This document shows positions 25,753 to 36,191 of a stretch of DNA of 64,000 nucleotides, in pieces. Origin of the DNA: an uncultured virus (IMG/VR IMGVR_UViG_3300002835_000038) (lineage: Duplodnaviria > Heunggongvirae > Uroviricota > Caudoviricetes); the IMG/VR virus record IMGVR_UViG_3300002835_000038, positions 1-64,000 of that record, one strand, 5' to 3'. Both the position numbers and the translations under genes were made by a program. How positions within the stretch are numbered: position 1 is the first letter of the stretch; each line of letters opens with the position of its first letter. The notes below the pieces were generated by a model. That model was given only the letters and a program-made list of their open reading frames with translations. It was not told the origin of the DNA and did not search any database.

Positions 25753-25783
25753 ATAACAATTATATGGATTATAGATTAAAATG

Positions 25784-26011
25784 TCAAACTCTATCTATTT
25801 CAAAAACAAATGTAATACCTGCGATGTTGATTTCAATCAAATCGTTATGTGTAAAATTATTTAGATTATTGTTGGTATTATAAAACAATTCTTCATCTAA
25901 TTTTTTATGTGTTTTCTCATCTAATTTATACATAATAGTTAGTCCATTGGTTTCTATTACTTCATTTTCAACACATTCATTCGCAATATCTAATACCTTT
26001 TCTAAATTCAT
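25784..26011 (-). CDS. Hypothetical protein
   Basis: Small ORF; start taken at MNLEK. Confidence 0.65.
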   Translation of the reverse strand: MNLEKVLDIANECVENEVIETNGLTIMYKLDEKTHKKLDEELFYNTNNNLNNFTHNDLIEINIAGITFVFEIDRV

Positions 26012-26012
26012 A

Positions 26013-26204
26013 CTAAAAAACATTTATTAATCTTTCCCAAAACCTCCTCAAAAAAGATTTTTTTATTTTTTTGACTTTACTACCATTGGTTTTTATGTGA
26101 TCACCAAGACCAGATTTTATCTGTTTTATAAATTGTTCTTTCTTAAGTTGGGTTCTTATTCTTTCCGCCTCAATGTCACCATTTACTTTTTCAAACTCAT
26201 TCAT
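26013..26204 (-). CDS. Hypothetical protein
   Basis: 63-aa ORF. Confidence 0.6.
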   Translation of the reverse strand: MNEFEKVNGDIEAERIRTQLKKEQFIKQIKSGLGDHIKTNGSKVKKIKKSFLRRFWERLINVF

Positions 26205-26218
26205 AAAAACAAATATAA

Positions 26219-26605
26219 CTATAAAATCCTAACAAGTGAAGAAAATAAGGTAGGAAATAATGGTTTAGGTAAATTATTCATATCAAACCACCCCCAATTT
26301 TGATTCTCCTCATTCAAATCACATTCATATTCTTCTTTACAGTAACCAATATAAAAATGATAAGGGTAACCCATTTCCCATTGTTTTTCAAATAATTCAT
26401 ATCGTATATTATCCGATTCTATTTTAGTTTCCTCAAAAAGTTCTCTTTTAATACCTTCTAAAATGGTTTCCCCCTTTTCAATCTTACCTCCGAATAAACT
26501 CCAAGTGTTAGAAAAATTTACATTTTCCCCTCTCTGACCTAATAAAAATTTATTGGTTGTGGTACATAATAATAATACACCACCATACTTTTTTAAATTT
26601 TTCAT
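26219..26605 (-). CDS. NUDIX hydrolase
   Basis: GGKIEKGETILEGIKRELFEETKI Nudix box. Confidence 0.92.
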   Translation of the reverse strand: MKNLKKYGGVLLLCTTTNKFLLGQRGENVNFSNTWSLFGGKIEKGETILEGIKRELFEETKIESDNIRYELFEKQWEMGYPYHFYIGYCKEEYECDLNEENQNWGWFDMNNLPKPLFPTLFSSLVRIL

Positions 26606-26611
26606 AAAACA

Positions 26612-28855
26612 TTATTTAATTTTTCCTGTATCTAAATTAAGTAAACTATTTAGATTAACACCATAAGGTAATCCTACGTGAACGTGAGAACCTTTCGGAC
26701 TAGTTTCCCATAAAGATATTTCCGCTAACGGAGTACCTAATGTTACTTCTTGACCCTTAACTACTTTTATTTTTTGTAGGTGAGTATAGAATATATCAGT
26801 GTAACCATCTTTACCTTTTACTGTGATAGAACCACCGTATATTTTACCTGTATGATCTTCATCATTACCACCTATTTTGGAAACAGTCCCTTTAGTGATG
26901 GAATATACTGTAGTACCAGGTGTACCAAATATATCCGTAGCGTTATCCGATTGCCAATTACCTAATGCTCTAGAGGCATGATTTTTAGGTCCATTTTTAT
27001 CTACAACAATTGATTTACCCAATATATAACTATTGTTACCTACGATAGTTGGTGCATCTACAGTTTTTTTAGGTTCCTCAGTTTTTTTAGGTTCCTCAGT
27101 TTTTACTTTTTTTTTACAAAACTTTGGTTTGTTGACTACACCTGAACCACAAAAAGTAAAATGCCACGACTCACTTCTCGCCTCACCCCAATACCAACCA
27201 TATTTTTCACCATTTGTTCTAATCCAATCCTTTCCGTTTGCAATATCTATCGCATTACCAAAACCATGATTAGATGTACAATACCCACCACCTTGATCAA
27301 CCCATTTGGATTTGGTGTTAGGTACGGGTGATGCAGCATCTGGACCATTATGAAATTTTTTGTCTTCCCAAGCATACCATTGACTCCATTGATTTCTTTC
27401 ATAATCACCAGGATTACCACAAATTCTATATCCATCTGTCAATGTTATTTTAACGCCATCATTCTTCGCATCTGCCACCATTTTTTTAAATTGGATTGCC
27501 GCTGCATTAGATAGGTATTCCGTTTTACCATTAACGTCATTCATTACTTGAGTTAATTCGCTCGATAACAACTTACCATTTTTATTATAATCTCTACCAC
27601 TATCGTCAGAACCATCTACACTTTCTTCAGGTTTTTTTGGTTTACCAGCATTTACCCAATCTTTACCCAATAATGCAAATGCATTTCTTAAATGTTCGTT
27701 TATACTACCATTAGAATCTAATTTAGGGTCTGGTAATCCACATTCAGATAATCTTTTATTAACTTTTTCCAATCTAGAAGAATCCTGATTAACCCAATAT
27801 CTAAAATTTAAATTATCCTCATTATTAGTAATGTTTTGATTAAAATATCTAACATCACTAGAAGTTAAGGTACAACCAGCGGTTGAGGTTTGGGTATCGT
27901 ATTTATTTAAATTATATCGTTCAATAATACTAATTAGAGTTTTAGCGTATGTACTACTAGTTGCATATCCCGCTCTTTGTAACCCCTGAGCCCAACCTTT
28001 GTAGTCTGTAGTCCCTAAATCAAATAAACTATCATATCTAGAATTATCTTTTAAGAACTTTGAGTGATCATCAAACGATAGAGAAATGTTAGGATATTTT
28101 CTAAAACAAGCCTTTTTTTCTGTACGACTAGATCCATCATTATTTTCTTCTCTCGTATCCAAATATATTTTTTCACCCGACCAACTACTATGACATTTTA
28201 TCCCAAAATGATTTTTACCTTTTCTAGCCAAACCTGAATTACCATCGCCAGACTCTAAAATTGCCTGAGCAATAGTTATAGATGCAGGTATTTTATGTTT
28301 TTTCATCTGACTAATTGCAATATCTTTAATTAATGCAATATATTCAGTTCTTGAATATTTTTTATTTGGATCATAATCTATTTCAGCAGTACCTTCATCT
28401 TCTAAATCAACATCATCTGTCGCACCATCATTTTCTAAATCAACATCATCAGTAGCACTATTGTTATTCTTATCTACAACTGCAATATCTTGATTTGGGT
28501 GTAAATCTTCCCAGTCGGTATCCGTACCAAAATCATAGGTTAAATCTTTAGTTCTTTTATCATTAGAAATATTTGTAAAACTAACCCATCTATCAATCTC
28601 ACCATTTATTAAATCTTTTTCTTCCTTAGTATATTTCGTTGAATCTATATAAATTATACCATTTTCAACCTTATCAATATATAAAGATTTATTTGCAATA
28701 CTATCTATATAAAATTTTAAATGTATTAATAATTGCATCATTTTGTTTGTAATATCAAATTCATCTTTCGGATCATTAAATACTACTTCTTGTTCGTTTA
28801 ATCTTTTTTTAACTAAACGTTTATATTGACTTTCTGTTAAAATTATTCTTTTCAT
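26612..28855 (-). CDS. Three-catalytic-domain peptidoglycan hydrolase (GH73 + M15B + M23)
   Basis: AQAILESG..NHFGIK..GYAT (GH73); SNHGFGNAID..ESWHF (VanY/M15B); ATDIF..YTHL..HVH (M23). Confidence 0.85.
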   Translation of the reverse strand: MKRIILTESQYKRLVKKRLNEQEVVFNDPKDEFDITNKMMQLLIHLKFYIDSIANKSLYIDKVENGIIYIDSTKYTKEEKDLINGEIDRWVSFTNISNDKRTKDLTYDFGTDTDWEDLHPNQDIAVVDKNNNSATDDVDLENDGATDDVDLEDEGTAEIDYDPNKKYSRTEYIALIKDIAISQMKKHKIPASITIAQAILESGDGNSGLARKGKNHFGIKCHSSWSGEKIYLDTREENNDGSSRTEKKACFRKYPNISLSFDDHSKFLKDNSRYDSLFDLGTTDYKGWAQGLQRAGYATSSTYAKTLISIIERYNLNKYDTQTSTAGCTLTSSDVRYFNQNITNNEDNLNFRYWVNQDSSRLEKVNKRLSECGLPDPKLDSNGSINEHLRNAFALLGKDWVNAGKPKKPEESVDGSDDSGRDYNKNGKLLSSELTQVMNDVNGKTEYLSNAAAIQFKKMVADAKNDGVKITLTDGYRICGNPGDYERNQWSQWYAWEDKKFHNGPDAASPVPNTKSKWVDQGGGYCTSNHGFGNAIDIANGKDWIRTNGEKYGWYWGEARSESWHFTFCGSGVVNKPKFCKKKVKTEEPKKTEEPKKTVDAPTIVGNNSYILGKSIVVDKNGPKNHASRALGNWQSDNATDIFGTPGTTVYSITKGTVSKIGGNDEDHTGKIYGGSITVKGKDGYTDIFYTHLQKIKVVKGQEVTLGTPLAEISLWETSPKGSHVHVGLPYGVNLNSLLNLDTGKIK

Positions 28856-29763
28856 ATTACAGTAACTAATCTTAGTAATTTCTTTTTTAAATATTCTCCT
28901 CTTATTTTAAATCTCTTTTCCACATCACTTAAAAACTTATCAAAAGATTTAATTTTAGGTAATTTATCTTCTTCACTATAAAAACATAATATTATTTGAG
29001 ATAGTTCACTAACCCTATCTTTTGATAGTGTTTCAATCTCTTTTAAATAAATATCCTTATTGAAGTTAATCATTGTCTCCGCAAAATTATAAAAAGGTAA
29101 TTCCTTTAAATAAACCATAAATTCATTATGATCCTTTGGAGTTCTTTTTGTTATCATAGTTGCCGCCTGTTGTATAAACGCATTTAATTCATATGACTGA
29201 CTAACATATAACATATAGGCAATCCGATCAACCGCATCCCCATCTATATTACCATTACTGTATATACTTTCACATCCCTTAATTTCTTTTGGTGTTTGTA
29301 AATATCTACTCACCCATTCATATAAGTGCATAAATTCATGAGATAAAAAAGAAGAAAAATAGTAATAGAATGTGTTAGTATCGATATCTTCCCTGTCTTT
29401 AGGTATAGTTAACATAATATTAAACTCCGCATCTAATATATTATACGTCCCATTATCATTTTCAATTATCTGTGTGTAGTACGGAGAATACTCCATATCT
29501 ATAGAAGCATCATCATCATCAACTTCATTTATTATAACCGTTAATATCACACTATCAACTGGGAACTCTTCATAAAAACTTTTACCTTTCAGTTTTTTAG
29601 ATAATTTAGTTACCGTATATACATCTTCTTTAACATCCTGTTTCAATATTTTAGACAACATTTCATCTGTGATAAAATCTGCCCAATTTTCAACTACTTT
29701 TGAGTACCCTCTAGTTTCATTAATCACTTTATTATATTGTTTTCTATTTACAATAACCTTCAT
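28852..29763 (-). CDS. Hypothetical protein with HEXXH (zincin-like)
   Basis: LSHEFMHLYE plus downstream ELNAF. Confidence 0.6.
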   Translation of the reverse strand: MKVIVNRKQYNKVINETRGYSKVVENWADFITDEMLSKILKQDVKEDVYTVTKLSKKLKGKSFYEEFPVDSVILTVIINEVDDDDASIDMEYSPYYTQIIENDNGTYNILDAEFNIMLTIPKDREDIDTNTFYYYFSSFLSHEFMHLYEWVSRYLQTPKEIKGCESIYSNGNIDGDAVDRIAYMLYVSQSYELNAFIQQAATMITKRTPKDHNEFMVYLKELPFYNFAETMINFNKDIYLKEIETLSKDRVSELSQIILCFYSEEDKLPKIKSFDKFLSDVEKRFKIRGEYLKKKLLRLVTVI

Positions 29764-29817
29764 TACTACTATATTTTATATATAAATATTATAAAATAAA
29801 TTAAAAAAGAAAGTATT

Positions 29818-30141
29818 ATGGAATTATTATTAATTATTTTACTAACTTATGGTATCTCAAACATTATTGTTTTCGGTTCCATATTTGACGGTTTAAGAGA
29901 AACTGCAGAAGTTTACAGTCCTAATTTTTTCGGTAAGTTAATTAACTGTATGATGTGTACTCCGTGGTGGGTTGGTTTATCCATCTCTACTACCGCACAA
30001 ATTACTGGTTATACCTTACTATCACCGATGTACAATTACTTAGGTGTTGAGTTAGTTCCCTTAGCCTTGTTTTTAGATTCTTGTTTATTGTCAGGAACCA
30101 CTTGGTTACTACACACAATTCAAGAAAAGTTAGAAGTATAA
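29818..30141 (+). CDS. Membrane protein (DUF1360-like)
   Basis: GKLINCMMCTPWW and hydrophobic helices. Confidence 0.6.
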   Translation: MELLLIILLTYGISNIIVFGSIFDGLRETAEVYSPNFFGKLINCMMCTPWWVGLSISTTAQITGYTLLSPMYNYLGVELVPLALFLDSCLLSGTTWLLHTIQEKLEV

Positions 30142-30170
30142 AAAAAGGGAGTTAATTAACTCCCTCTTTT
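30141..30170. terminator. Bidirectional terminator between convergent genes
   Basis: Palindrome AGGGAGTTAATTAACTCCCT flanked by A and T tracts. Confidence 0.7.
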
Positions 30171-30625
30171 TCTTTTTCAAATGATTTACCATTACTATTC
30201 GTTGGTGGTAATTCAATTCCATTATGTACCTTTTTATTAGTATCTATTTTAATATCTCTTAGTGTTGGTTCATCAATCGATTCGATTACAAACTTTAGTC
30301 TTTCTAATTCCTTTAACGATTTTTCACTAAATAAGAACTTAAGTTCTTCGATTTTAGCCTTCAAAAGAGTAAGTTTATTCTCTTTCTCAACATTAAATTC
30401 TATCACATACTCAACATGATCTAAGACACTATCAATAGAGTCTTCAGGATTTTTTGGGAAAACCATAAAGTAGTTAATGTTATTAGTACTAGGTTTATAT
30501 GTTACTGAATCTGATTCAAACATATCCCAATTCTCCAATAATAAAACGTCAACTACTGGTAAGTCTTTAACAAATCTAATTCCCGTTACATAAGGTCTTA
30601 ATTGATTTAATTTATCTTGAAACAT
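30152..30625 (-). CDS. Hypothetical protein
   Basis: 157-aa ORF. Confidence 0.75.
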   Translation of the reverse strand: MFQDKLNQLRPYVTGIRFVKDLPVVDVLLLENWDMFESDSVTYKPSTNNINYFMVFPKNPEDSIDSVLDHVEYVIEFNVEKENKLTLLKAKIEELKFLFSEKSLKELERLKFVIESIDEPTLRDIKIDTNKKVHNGIELPPTNSNGKSFEKEKEGVN

Positions 30626-30629
30626 TTTT

Positions 30630-30821
30630 TTACCTTAAAAACGATATTATTGTCGTTATGAAAAATGATATAGAAACCGCTAGTGTTATCAAAGATACAT
30701 TATTCACTACAAACCGTTCATTCATCCTTACACTTCTTATTAAAAAAAACGTATTTCTAACTATCACTAATAGTGATAAAACGAATAGAAATAAATATGT
30801 ATCTTTTACTATGTCAATCAT
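30630..30821 (-). CDS. Small membrane protein
   Basis: Two TM helices. Confidence 0.6.
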   Translation of the reverse strand: MIDIVKDTYLFLFVLSLLVIVRNTFFLIRSVRMNERFVVNNVSLITLAVSISFFITTIISFLR

Positions 30822-30833
30822 AACTTTATTGTA

Positions 30834-31007
30834 TTAGACATTTTTTTTATCAGAAACATTAACTCTAATTTCTTGACAAAGGTTTTTGATATCTTGACAA
30901 CCTTTTCTAACTCTAGTACCAGCCGCTTTGTTATTTTTCTCATAGAATTTAGAAAAATCACCTTCTAATTCTGCTACTAAATTTTTTAATTGTTCGTACA
31001 ATTCCAT
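30834..31007 (-). CDS. Histone H1-like Hc1 family protein (57 aa, not in ORF track)
   Basis: Hand translation MELYEQLKNLVAELEGDFSKFYEKNNKAAGTRVRKGCQDIKNLCQEIRVNVSDKKNV; NKAAGTRxRK signature. Confidence 0.8.
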   Translation of the reverse strand: MELYEQLKNLVAELEGDFSKFYEKNNKAAGTRVRKGCQDIKNLCQEIRVNVSDKKNV

Positions 31008-31019
31008 TTTAATTTATTT

Positions 31020-31256
31020 TTATTCATTGTTATTATTAGTATCCACATTGTTAAATGCAGACATATATTCACTCAACATTTGTATTTTGTTGTTGGTTAC
31101 CGTTATAGAAGATAGTAATAAATCGAAATCGGTTTTCTTATCCTCGGTTCGTAAATTATCATCATTTAAAACTCTATTTAAGTCTAACTCTAATGTATCT
31201 CTTTTAGAAATTAAATCTGATAAAACTATCTGTAAAAATTTTATTTTATTATTCAT
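31020..31256 (-). CDS. Hypothetical protein
   Basis: 78-aa ORF. Confidence 0.65.
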   Translation of the reverse strand: MNNKIKFLQIVLSDLISKRDTLELDLNRVLNDDNLRTEDKKTDFDLLLSSITVTNNKIQMLSEYMSAFNNVDTNNNNE

Positions 31257-31300
31257 ATAAACAACTATAACATAAAAAAACTATAAAATCAATAGTAAAG

Positions 31301-31762
31301 TCACTTTTTTGTCTTAAAATAGATACTTTTTTCAAATAACTTATACAATTCTATCATAATATCTATATCAGATCTAGATTTTATACGATGAAAGTCAAAT
31401 GAAAATTCTGCCAAATTATCTAATTTATTAAGTAATTTATCACTATCCTTATAGAATAATTCATCATAAAAGTAGAAAAAATACTCTTTCAATTTTTCTA
31501 CATCATCAAATAAAATTTGTTCTTCTTTAAAATTAGACACAACTTTATTGAAACACCATAGATAGTGTTCCTTAACCTCTCTCTCAGTAGATATGTATTC
31601 TGACCCTAAATATGTATCAACAATGACTTTATTAAGTGATTTTATGAAATCATAATAAAGATTACATCTATCAAACTTAATGTCATTTGCCTTATATAAC
31701 AAATTCATCTGATCAGATGTCAGTGGATTTGTAATATAGTTCATGAATTCTGAATTTTCCAT
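31301..31762 (-). CDS. Hypothetical protein
   Basis: 153-aa ORF. Confidence 0.75.
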   Translation of the reverse strand: MENSEFMNYITNPLTSDQMNLLYKANDIKFDRCNLYYDFIKSLNKVIVDTYLGSEYISTEREVKEHYLWCFNKVVSNFKEEQILFDDVEKLKEYFFYFYDELFYKDSDKLLNKLDNLAEFSFDFHRIKSRSDIDIMIELYKLFEKSIYFKTKK

Positions 31763-31790
31763 AAACTAAATATAATATATAATTATTTTT

Positions 31791-32681
31791 TTATAAAGAT
31801 AATAACATATCTAAAAGTTCTGGTTGTGGGAACATATCGACCTTATCTTTTCTAGTGTTAGTGTGTGTCCACATACCCTTAACCCTTCCATAATATGCGT
31901 TTTCATTGAAGTCGAACCCTTTGGCACCGTTCTTTCTTACTTCCTCTACCAAACCTTTTCTCACATCGATATTATCTCTTTCCGCAATGAAAAGTATCCA
32001 TTGTTTAAGCACTTCTATTTGTTTATTAGAATAACGATGCCAATCTTTATGACCCCTAAATGGTTGTGGTAATGTAACAATCTGTGATTTATCTACAATT
32101 GTATTTGCATATGTTTTACCTTTTACTACATAACCAAAATTACATACCTCAATACCTACAGAATGTGAATGCATACGTTGTGAACCATTATCACCTAAAT
32201 GCCAACCGTATGCACCATTTGGTAAGCATTGGATTAGTTTACCGTCAAATTTATCATTATTACCAGAAGCACTTTGTCCACCTAATACGAATTCAGTGGC
32301 AATTTTACCTCTTGTGTCTCTTCCCCACATATCAACTACTTGATATGGGTTATGTCCACCCGCAGTATGGTGTAAGAAAAGATATTCTTTATTAGTTGGT
32401 CCAACTAAGTACTCACCTTTAGGTAAAAAGTATTGTTCAATTATTAAACCACTATTCGACTCAACCAATCTTTCACTATTATCTGTAGTTACTAATTGAT
32501 CTAACCCCATCATCTCCCAAGTTTTTGGTCCAACTATACCATCATCTTTTAATTTATTTTCTTTTTGCCATTTTTTAACTGCCAATTCTGTTTTTGGGCC
32601 GAATGAACCGTCATCTTTTAATTTTAAAAATCTTTGTAAGATTTTAACATCTTCACTTTTACTACCTAATTTTAATAACAT
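31791..32681 (-). CDS. Endolysin: PG-binding domain plus N-acetylmuramoyl-L-alanine amidase
   Basis: DGSFGPKT..DGIVGPKT; FLHHTAG, SVGIEVCN, WTH..RKDKVD motifs. Confidence 0.9.
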   Translation of the reverse strand: MLLKLGSKSEDVKILQRFLKLKDDGSFGPKTELAVKKWQKENKLKDDGIVGPKTWEMMGLDQLVTTDNSERLVESNSGLIIEQYFLPKGEYLVGPTNKEYLFLHHTAGGHNPYQVVDMWGRDTRGKIATEFVLGGQSASGNNDKFDGKLIQCLPNGAYGWHLGDNGSQRMHSHSVGIEVCNFGYVVKGKTYANTIVDKSQIVTLPQPFRGHKDWHRYSNKQIEVLKQWILFIAERDNIDVRKGLVEEVRKNGAKGFDFNENAYYGRVKGMWTHTNTRKDKVDMFPQPELLDMLLSL

Positions 32682-32714
32682 AAACTAATTTTTTATTTAT
32701 TTTTTATTTATTTT

Positions 32715-33485
32715 TTATTGTTGATTCATAAATTCTAAAAATTCATCAAACTTATAGTCATTTGGTTTGATAACTTTGTTAACTACTTTATTAAATAATT
32801 GTTCGAAATATTTTCTAAGTGTTTCGTCTTTTAAATCTTTTGGGTAATTAAAGTCTATCCATTCACTATCTATCATTTCATCATATCCACCATCTTTATA
32901 TTTTTCACCATTAAATTCCGCAAATTCATCATCCTGAATAACAAAATCTGCCCCAATTTTATTCGTACTTTTGTTTGGTAGTGAGTCAAAATATATTGAA
33001 CAAGGAGGATAAACTTCACTATTGTTTTGAATAAGTAATCCAAATGATTCCTCTAAAGATGCCTCAAAAGGTGTGAGAATTGTGTCTAAAACCCAAGAAT
33101 TACCCCTATAATTATAGATTACTTTATTTCTATAATTTTTATAAAAGAATGTAAATAAAATACCCTCTATCACTTCACGATCTTCTACAAAATTTATATC
33201 TATATCCTCAATTATGTCAGGCACCACATCGTTAAATAAAATATTACCATATTTTTCATAAAATTTAGATATTGAGTATAATCTTTGGTAGTCACCAGTG
33301 TTTAACATTTCTTCTACCTTCATTATTTTATCCGCAACAGTTAAATTAAATTCTTTCCCACTAGGTAAATAATTTTTTTCACCCCTTAATAAATGGAACG
33401 ACTTAAGTATTGCCTTATCCATTTTAGATATGTTTAAGTTATCGATTACCGCTTCAGTTAATAAAGAATTTAAAGATATTTTCAT
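32715..33485 (-). CDS. Hypothetical protein (possible virion-internal)
   Basis: Start taken at MKISLNSLLTE, after a TATTTAT motif. Confidence 0.7.
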   Translation of the reverse strand: MKISLNSLLTEAVIDNLNISKMDKAILKSFHLLRGEKNYLPSGKEFNLTVADKIMKVEEMLNTGDYQRLYSISKFYEKYGNILFNDVVPDIIEDIDINFVEDREVIEGILFTFFYKNYRNKVIYNYRGNSWVLDTILTPFEASLEESFGLLIQNNSEVYPPCSIYFDSLPNKSTNKIGADFVIQDDEFAEFNGEKYKDGGYDEMIDSEWIDFNYPKDLKDETLRKYFEQLFNKVVNKVIKPNDYKFDEFLEFMNQQ

Positions 33486-33507
33486 ATTAATAAATATGTT
33501 ATAAAAC

Positions 33508-33534
33508 AAAAAAGGTACCGTTTGGTACCTTTTT
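33508..33534. terminator. Intrinsic terminator
   Basis: AAAAAGGTACC-GTTT-GGTACCTTTTT. Confidence 0.75.
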
Positions 33535-33555
33535 ATAATGTAGTTTTTGTTAATA

Positions 33556-34389
33556 TTAAATCAATTTTTTACCTTTTGCAGATTCAAATAGTTTAGAAAA
33601 TGTTTTTGTCTCTGTACCGTAATCATTGGTTTTACCCATAGAGTCTGAATGTTTATAGTTGAATAATTTTTTCATTTTATCCATATCTTCATTTATCATA
33701 GATTTATTTCTATAACCTAGTACAGTACCTTCATTAATTGACTCATCCCATCTTACTTTATAAGTTTGATTACCATCTGTCATTAAAAATGTGTTACCAT
33801 CAAATTTATAACTTTCAGGTACCAAATTAAGTACTTCTTTTTCTGAAGTGAATTCGTTTTTAAAGTTTAATCTTTTCATTTTACCGTTGTTTGATTCATT
33901 TGTTACTCTAACTTTAGGAGTTTGTCTATACTCATCAGGTTTATCGTATTTATGTTTTATATATTTCTCACTATTATCTTTTAATTTCTTATAAGTAGAA
34001 TCTTTTTTCTTACCCTCTCCGAAACCATCTATTGTTCCAAATATATCATCATACTCTGAAGTATCATTTAAATTATCCATTCTTTCAGAAAAAGATTTAA
34101 AAACTTCAGTATCTTCGTTATCATATTTTAAACCTGACATTTTACCAGCACCTAAATCTTCTATTTCATATGCCTCTTCATAGTCACTTCTATTATATTT
34201 TGGTGTGGTGAAGTCCTCATCATTATCAAATTCATAATACTTAGACATTCTTTTCTCAAAATCAGTGGTAGCCTCTTTATTGAATTCACCACTTTTAGTA
34301 CGTGCACCCAAAGCAGTTCTTAAACCAATAGGTTCTTTTTCCTCTTTGATGGTTATTTTTGTTTTTTTAGTTAGAAATCTATTACTCAT
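33556..34389 (-). CDS. Hypothetical protein
   Basis: 277-aa charged ORF. Confidence 0.75.
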   Translation of the reverse strand: MSNRFLTKKTKITIKEEKEPIGLRTALGARTKSGEFNKEATTDFEKRMSKYYEFDNDEDFTTPKYNRSDYEEAYEIEDLGAGKMSGLKYDNEDTEVFKSFSERMDNLNDTSEYDDIFGTIDGFGEGKKKDSTYKKLKDNSEKYIKHKYDKPDEYRQTPKVRVTNESNNGKMKRLNFKNEFTSEKEVLNLVPESYKFDGNTFLMTDGNQTYKVRWDESINEGTVLGYRNKSMINEDMDKMKKLFNYKHSDSMGKTNDYGTETKTFSKLFESAKGKKLI

Positions 34390-34462
34390 TTTCTTTTTTA
34401 TTATAAATATCTATTTTTTTAAAAAAGATTTGGTGTGATGAAATATTATATTATAATTGTTA

Positions 34463-34621
34463 TTATAAAATAGGATTCACATCAACGTTACCGTCTTCAT
34501 CAATTGTATTCGTAGTTTCGTATGTTTGACTCTCATCATTATTTAGTGGTTCAGTTTCGTTAAGTAACCTTCTATTTGCCTCTGCAATCATTTCTCTTTT
34601 TAATTTATCAAGTCTTCCCAT
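34463..34621 (-). CDS. Small hypothetical protein (52 aa, not in ORF track)
   Basis: MGRLDKLKREMIAEANRRLLNE...; starts just after the upstream stop codon. Confidence 0.55.
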   Translation of the reverse strand: MGRLDKLKREMIAEANRRLLNETEPLNNDESQTYETTNTIDEDGNVDVNPIL

Positions 34622-34622
34622 T

Positions 34623-35927
34623 TTATTTTTTAATTTTTAAATCTCCTTTTTTTATTGTTTTTATAATTTTACTCTCATTGTAAAATTCTATCGCTTCAGG
34701 ACTTTGATTACAATATGGGAATGTTTTACATTTTTCTTTAACTCTAACTTTTTGATACCCTAAGTTGTCTAATGATGGTTGTTCTTTTTTAACTCTAGCC
34801 TTACCTTTTTTACCTGCAGTACCCATAAAGGCACTAGGTGGGAAACCAGGTGTTGCGTATTCTCCCCCAACTACTGCGGCAGAAGATGCCTCCACTAATT
34901 CCTCTTCTCCTAACATAGTCATATTTCCAATAGGTCTATTTATACCACCTACAGAGACAGGTATATCTGTTTTTATTTTTCTCCTAATAGGTTTACGGGA
35001 TAACGCCCCAACATACGAACCACCTACTGAACCAGCAGATGAAGCCTCTTCAACAGGTTCCTCAGTCTCTTCTTCATCAGTAAAATTATCTTCAATGAAT
35101 TTTCTATATTCCTCAGCTTCTTTTTTTCTTAGGTCCATTTCTTCTTCACGTCTCCTTCTAATTTCATCAAATATCTCATCTTTAGAAAATCTTTTACTTG
35201 ATTTGTTTCTTAATTGATCTCTAAGTTTTTGTGCAATTTCATTACTATCTAAATCTTCACTTAAATCCTCCCTATAAGATAATGATACCCCATCTAAATC
35301 AAGTTTACCTGTTTTATGTAATCTTTCCATTTCTTTTTTAGATATTCTTATAGACTTTTTATGCCCTTTCATATCTTCTACTGCCAAAATACCATAATCA
35401 GGATTAGTATAATAATCTGAAATTTCGGATATGTGATCGATTGCAATTTCTTTAGCAACATTTTTAGATTTGGTGTGTTCCATTTCTATTTTAGTTCCAA
35501 CTTCAATTTCCCTTTTGATTTTTTTTACATCTTCTTTGTGATAATCTGCAATATCTTTAATAGACATATCATCACCTTCACCACCAATTAAATCTTCTTC
35601 TTCAGAAAACATAATTTTTTGTAATTCTGGATTTCCTGAGGTTACTGCAGCCTTTTTAAAGTCTTTACCAATATTTGACATACCCTCATACATATCATGA
35701 ACACCACATTTTATTTTCATTAACTCTACTACGTTATCTAACTTATCCACATATTGGGTAGGTAAATTATGTAATTTAGTTAATTGGTTATACATTTTTA
35801 TACCAACTTTTAATTGTTCTGGTGTCTTACAAGAAAGAATAACATCTTTAGTTCTTTCATAATCACCCATCATTTTTTCTCTACTCATCATTTTATTGCA
35901 GTTAACCACATATTTCTTCTCATCCAT
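34623..35927 (-). CDS. Hypothetical protein with DUF5661-like segment
   Basis: GTKIEMEHTK..AKEIAIDHISEISDYYT; real start probably MMSREK near 35891. Confidence 0.65.
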   Translation of the reverse strand: MDEKKYVVNCNKMMSREKMMGDYERTKDVILSCKTPEQLKVGIKMYNQLTKLHNLPTQYVDKLDNVVELMKIKCGVHDMYEGMSNIGKDFKKAAVTSGNPELQKIMFSEEEDLIGGEGDDMSIKDIADYHKEDVKKIKREIEVGTKIEMEHTKSKNVAKEIAIDHISEISDYYTNPDYGILAVEDMKGHKKSIRISKKEMERLHKTGKLDLDGVSLSYREDLSEDLDSNEIAQKLRDQLRNKSSKRFSKDEIFDEIRRRREEEMDLRKKEAEEYRKFIEDNFTDEEETEEPVEEASSAGSVGGSYVGALSRKPIRRKIKTDIPVSVGGINRPIGNMTMLGEEELVEASSAAVVGGEYATPGFPPSAFMGTAGKKGKARVKKEQPSLDNLGYQKVRVKEKCKTFPYCNQSPEAIEFYNESKIIKTIKKGDLKIKK

Positions 35928-36148
35928 AATTCTTTATAGAGTTGGACGAGAACTTCTTTATTAATTTCTACGATATGTTTTTTTAATTTAGAATTCTTAA
36001 GTTCTTTTTCTAAAATCTTCAATACTTTAGATTCTAAATCTTCACCAAAAGACTTTTTAATTTCCTTTCGAATCATAGCACCAATTTGATTTTCATCAGT
36101 TTGGGTTAATGATTCTCTGATAATTTTTCTAAGTTTTTGATTGTCCAT
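35888..36148 (-). CDS. Hypothetical protein
   Basis: 86-aa ORF. Confidence 0.7.
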   Translation of the reverse strand: MDNQKLRKIIRESLTQTDENQIGAMIRKEIKKSFGEDLESKVLKILEKELKNSKLKKHIVEINKEVLVQLYKELWMRRNMWLTAIK

Positions 36149-36191
36149 ATCCTATTTATATATAATAAATATTAGGTTTATGGTAAAAATT

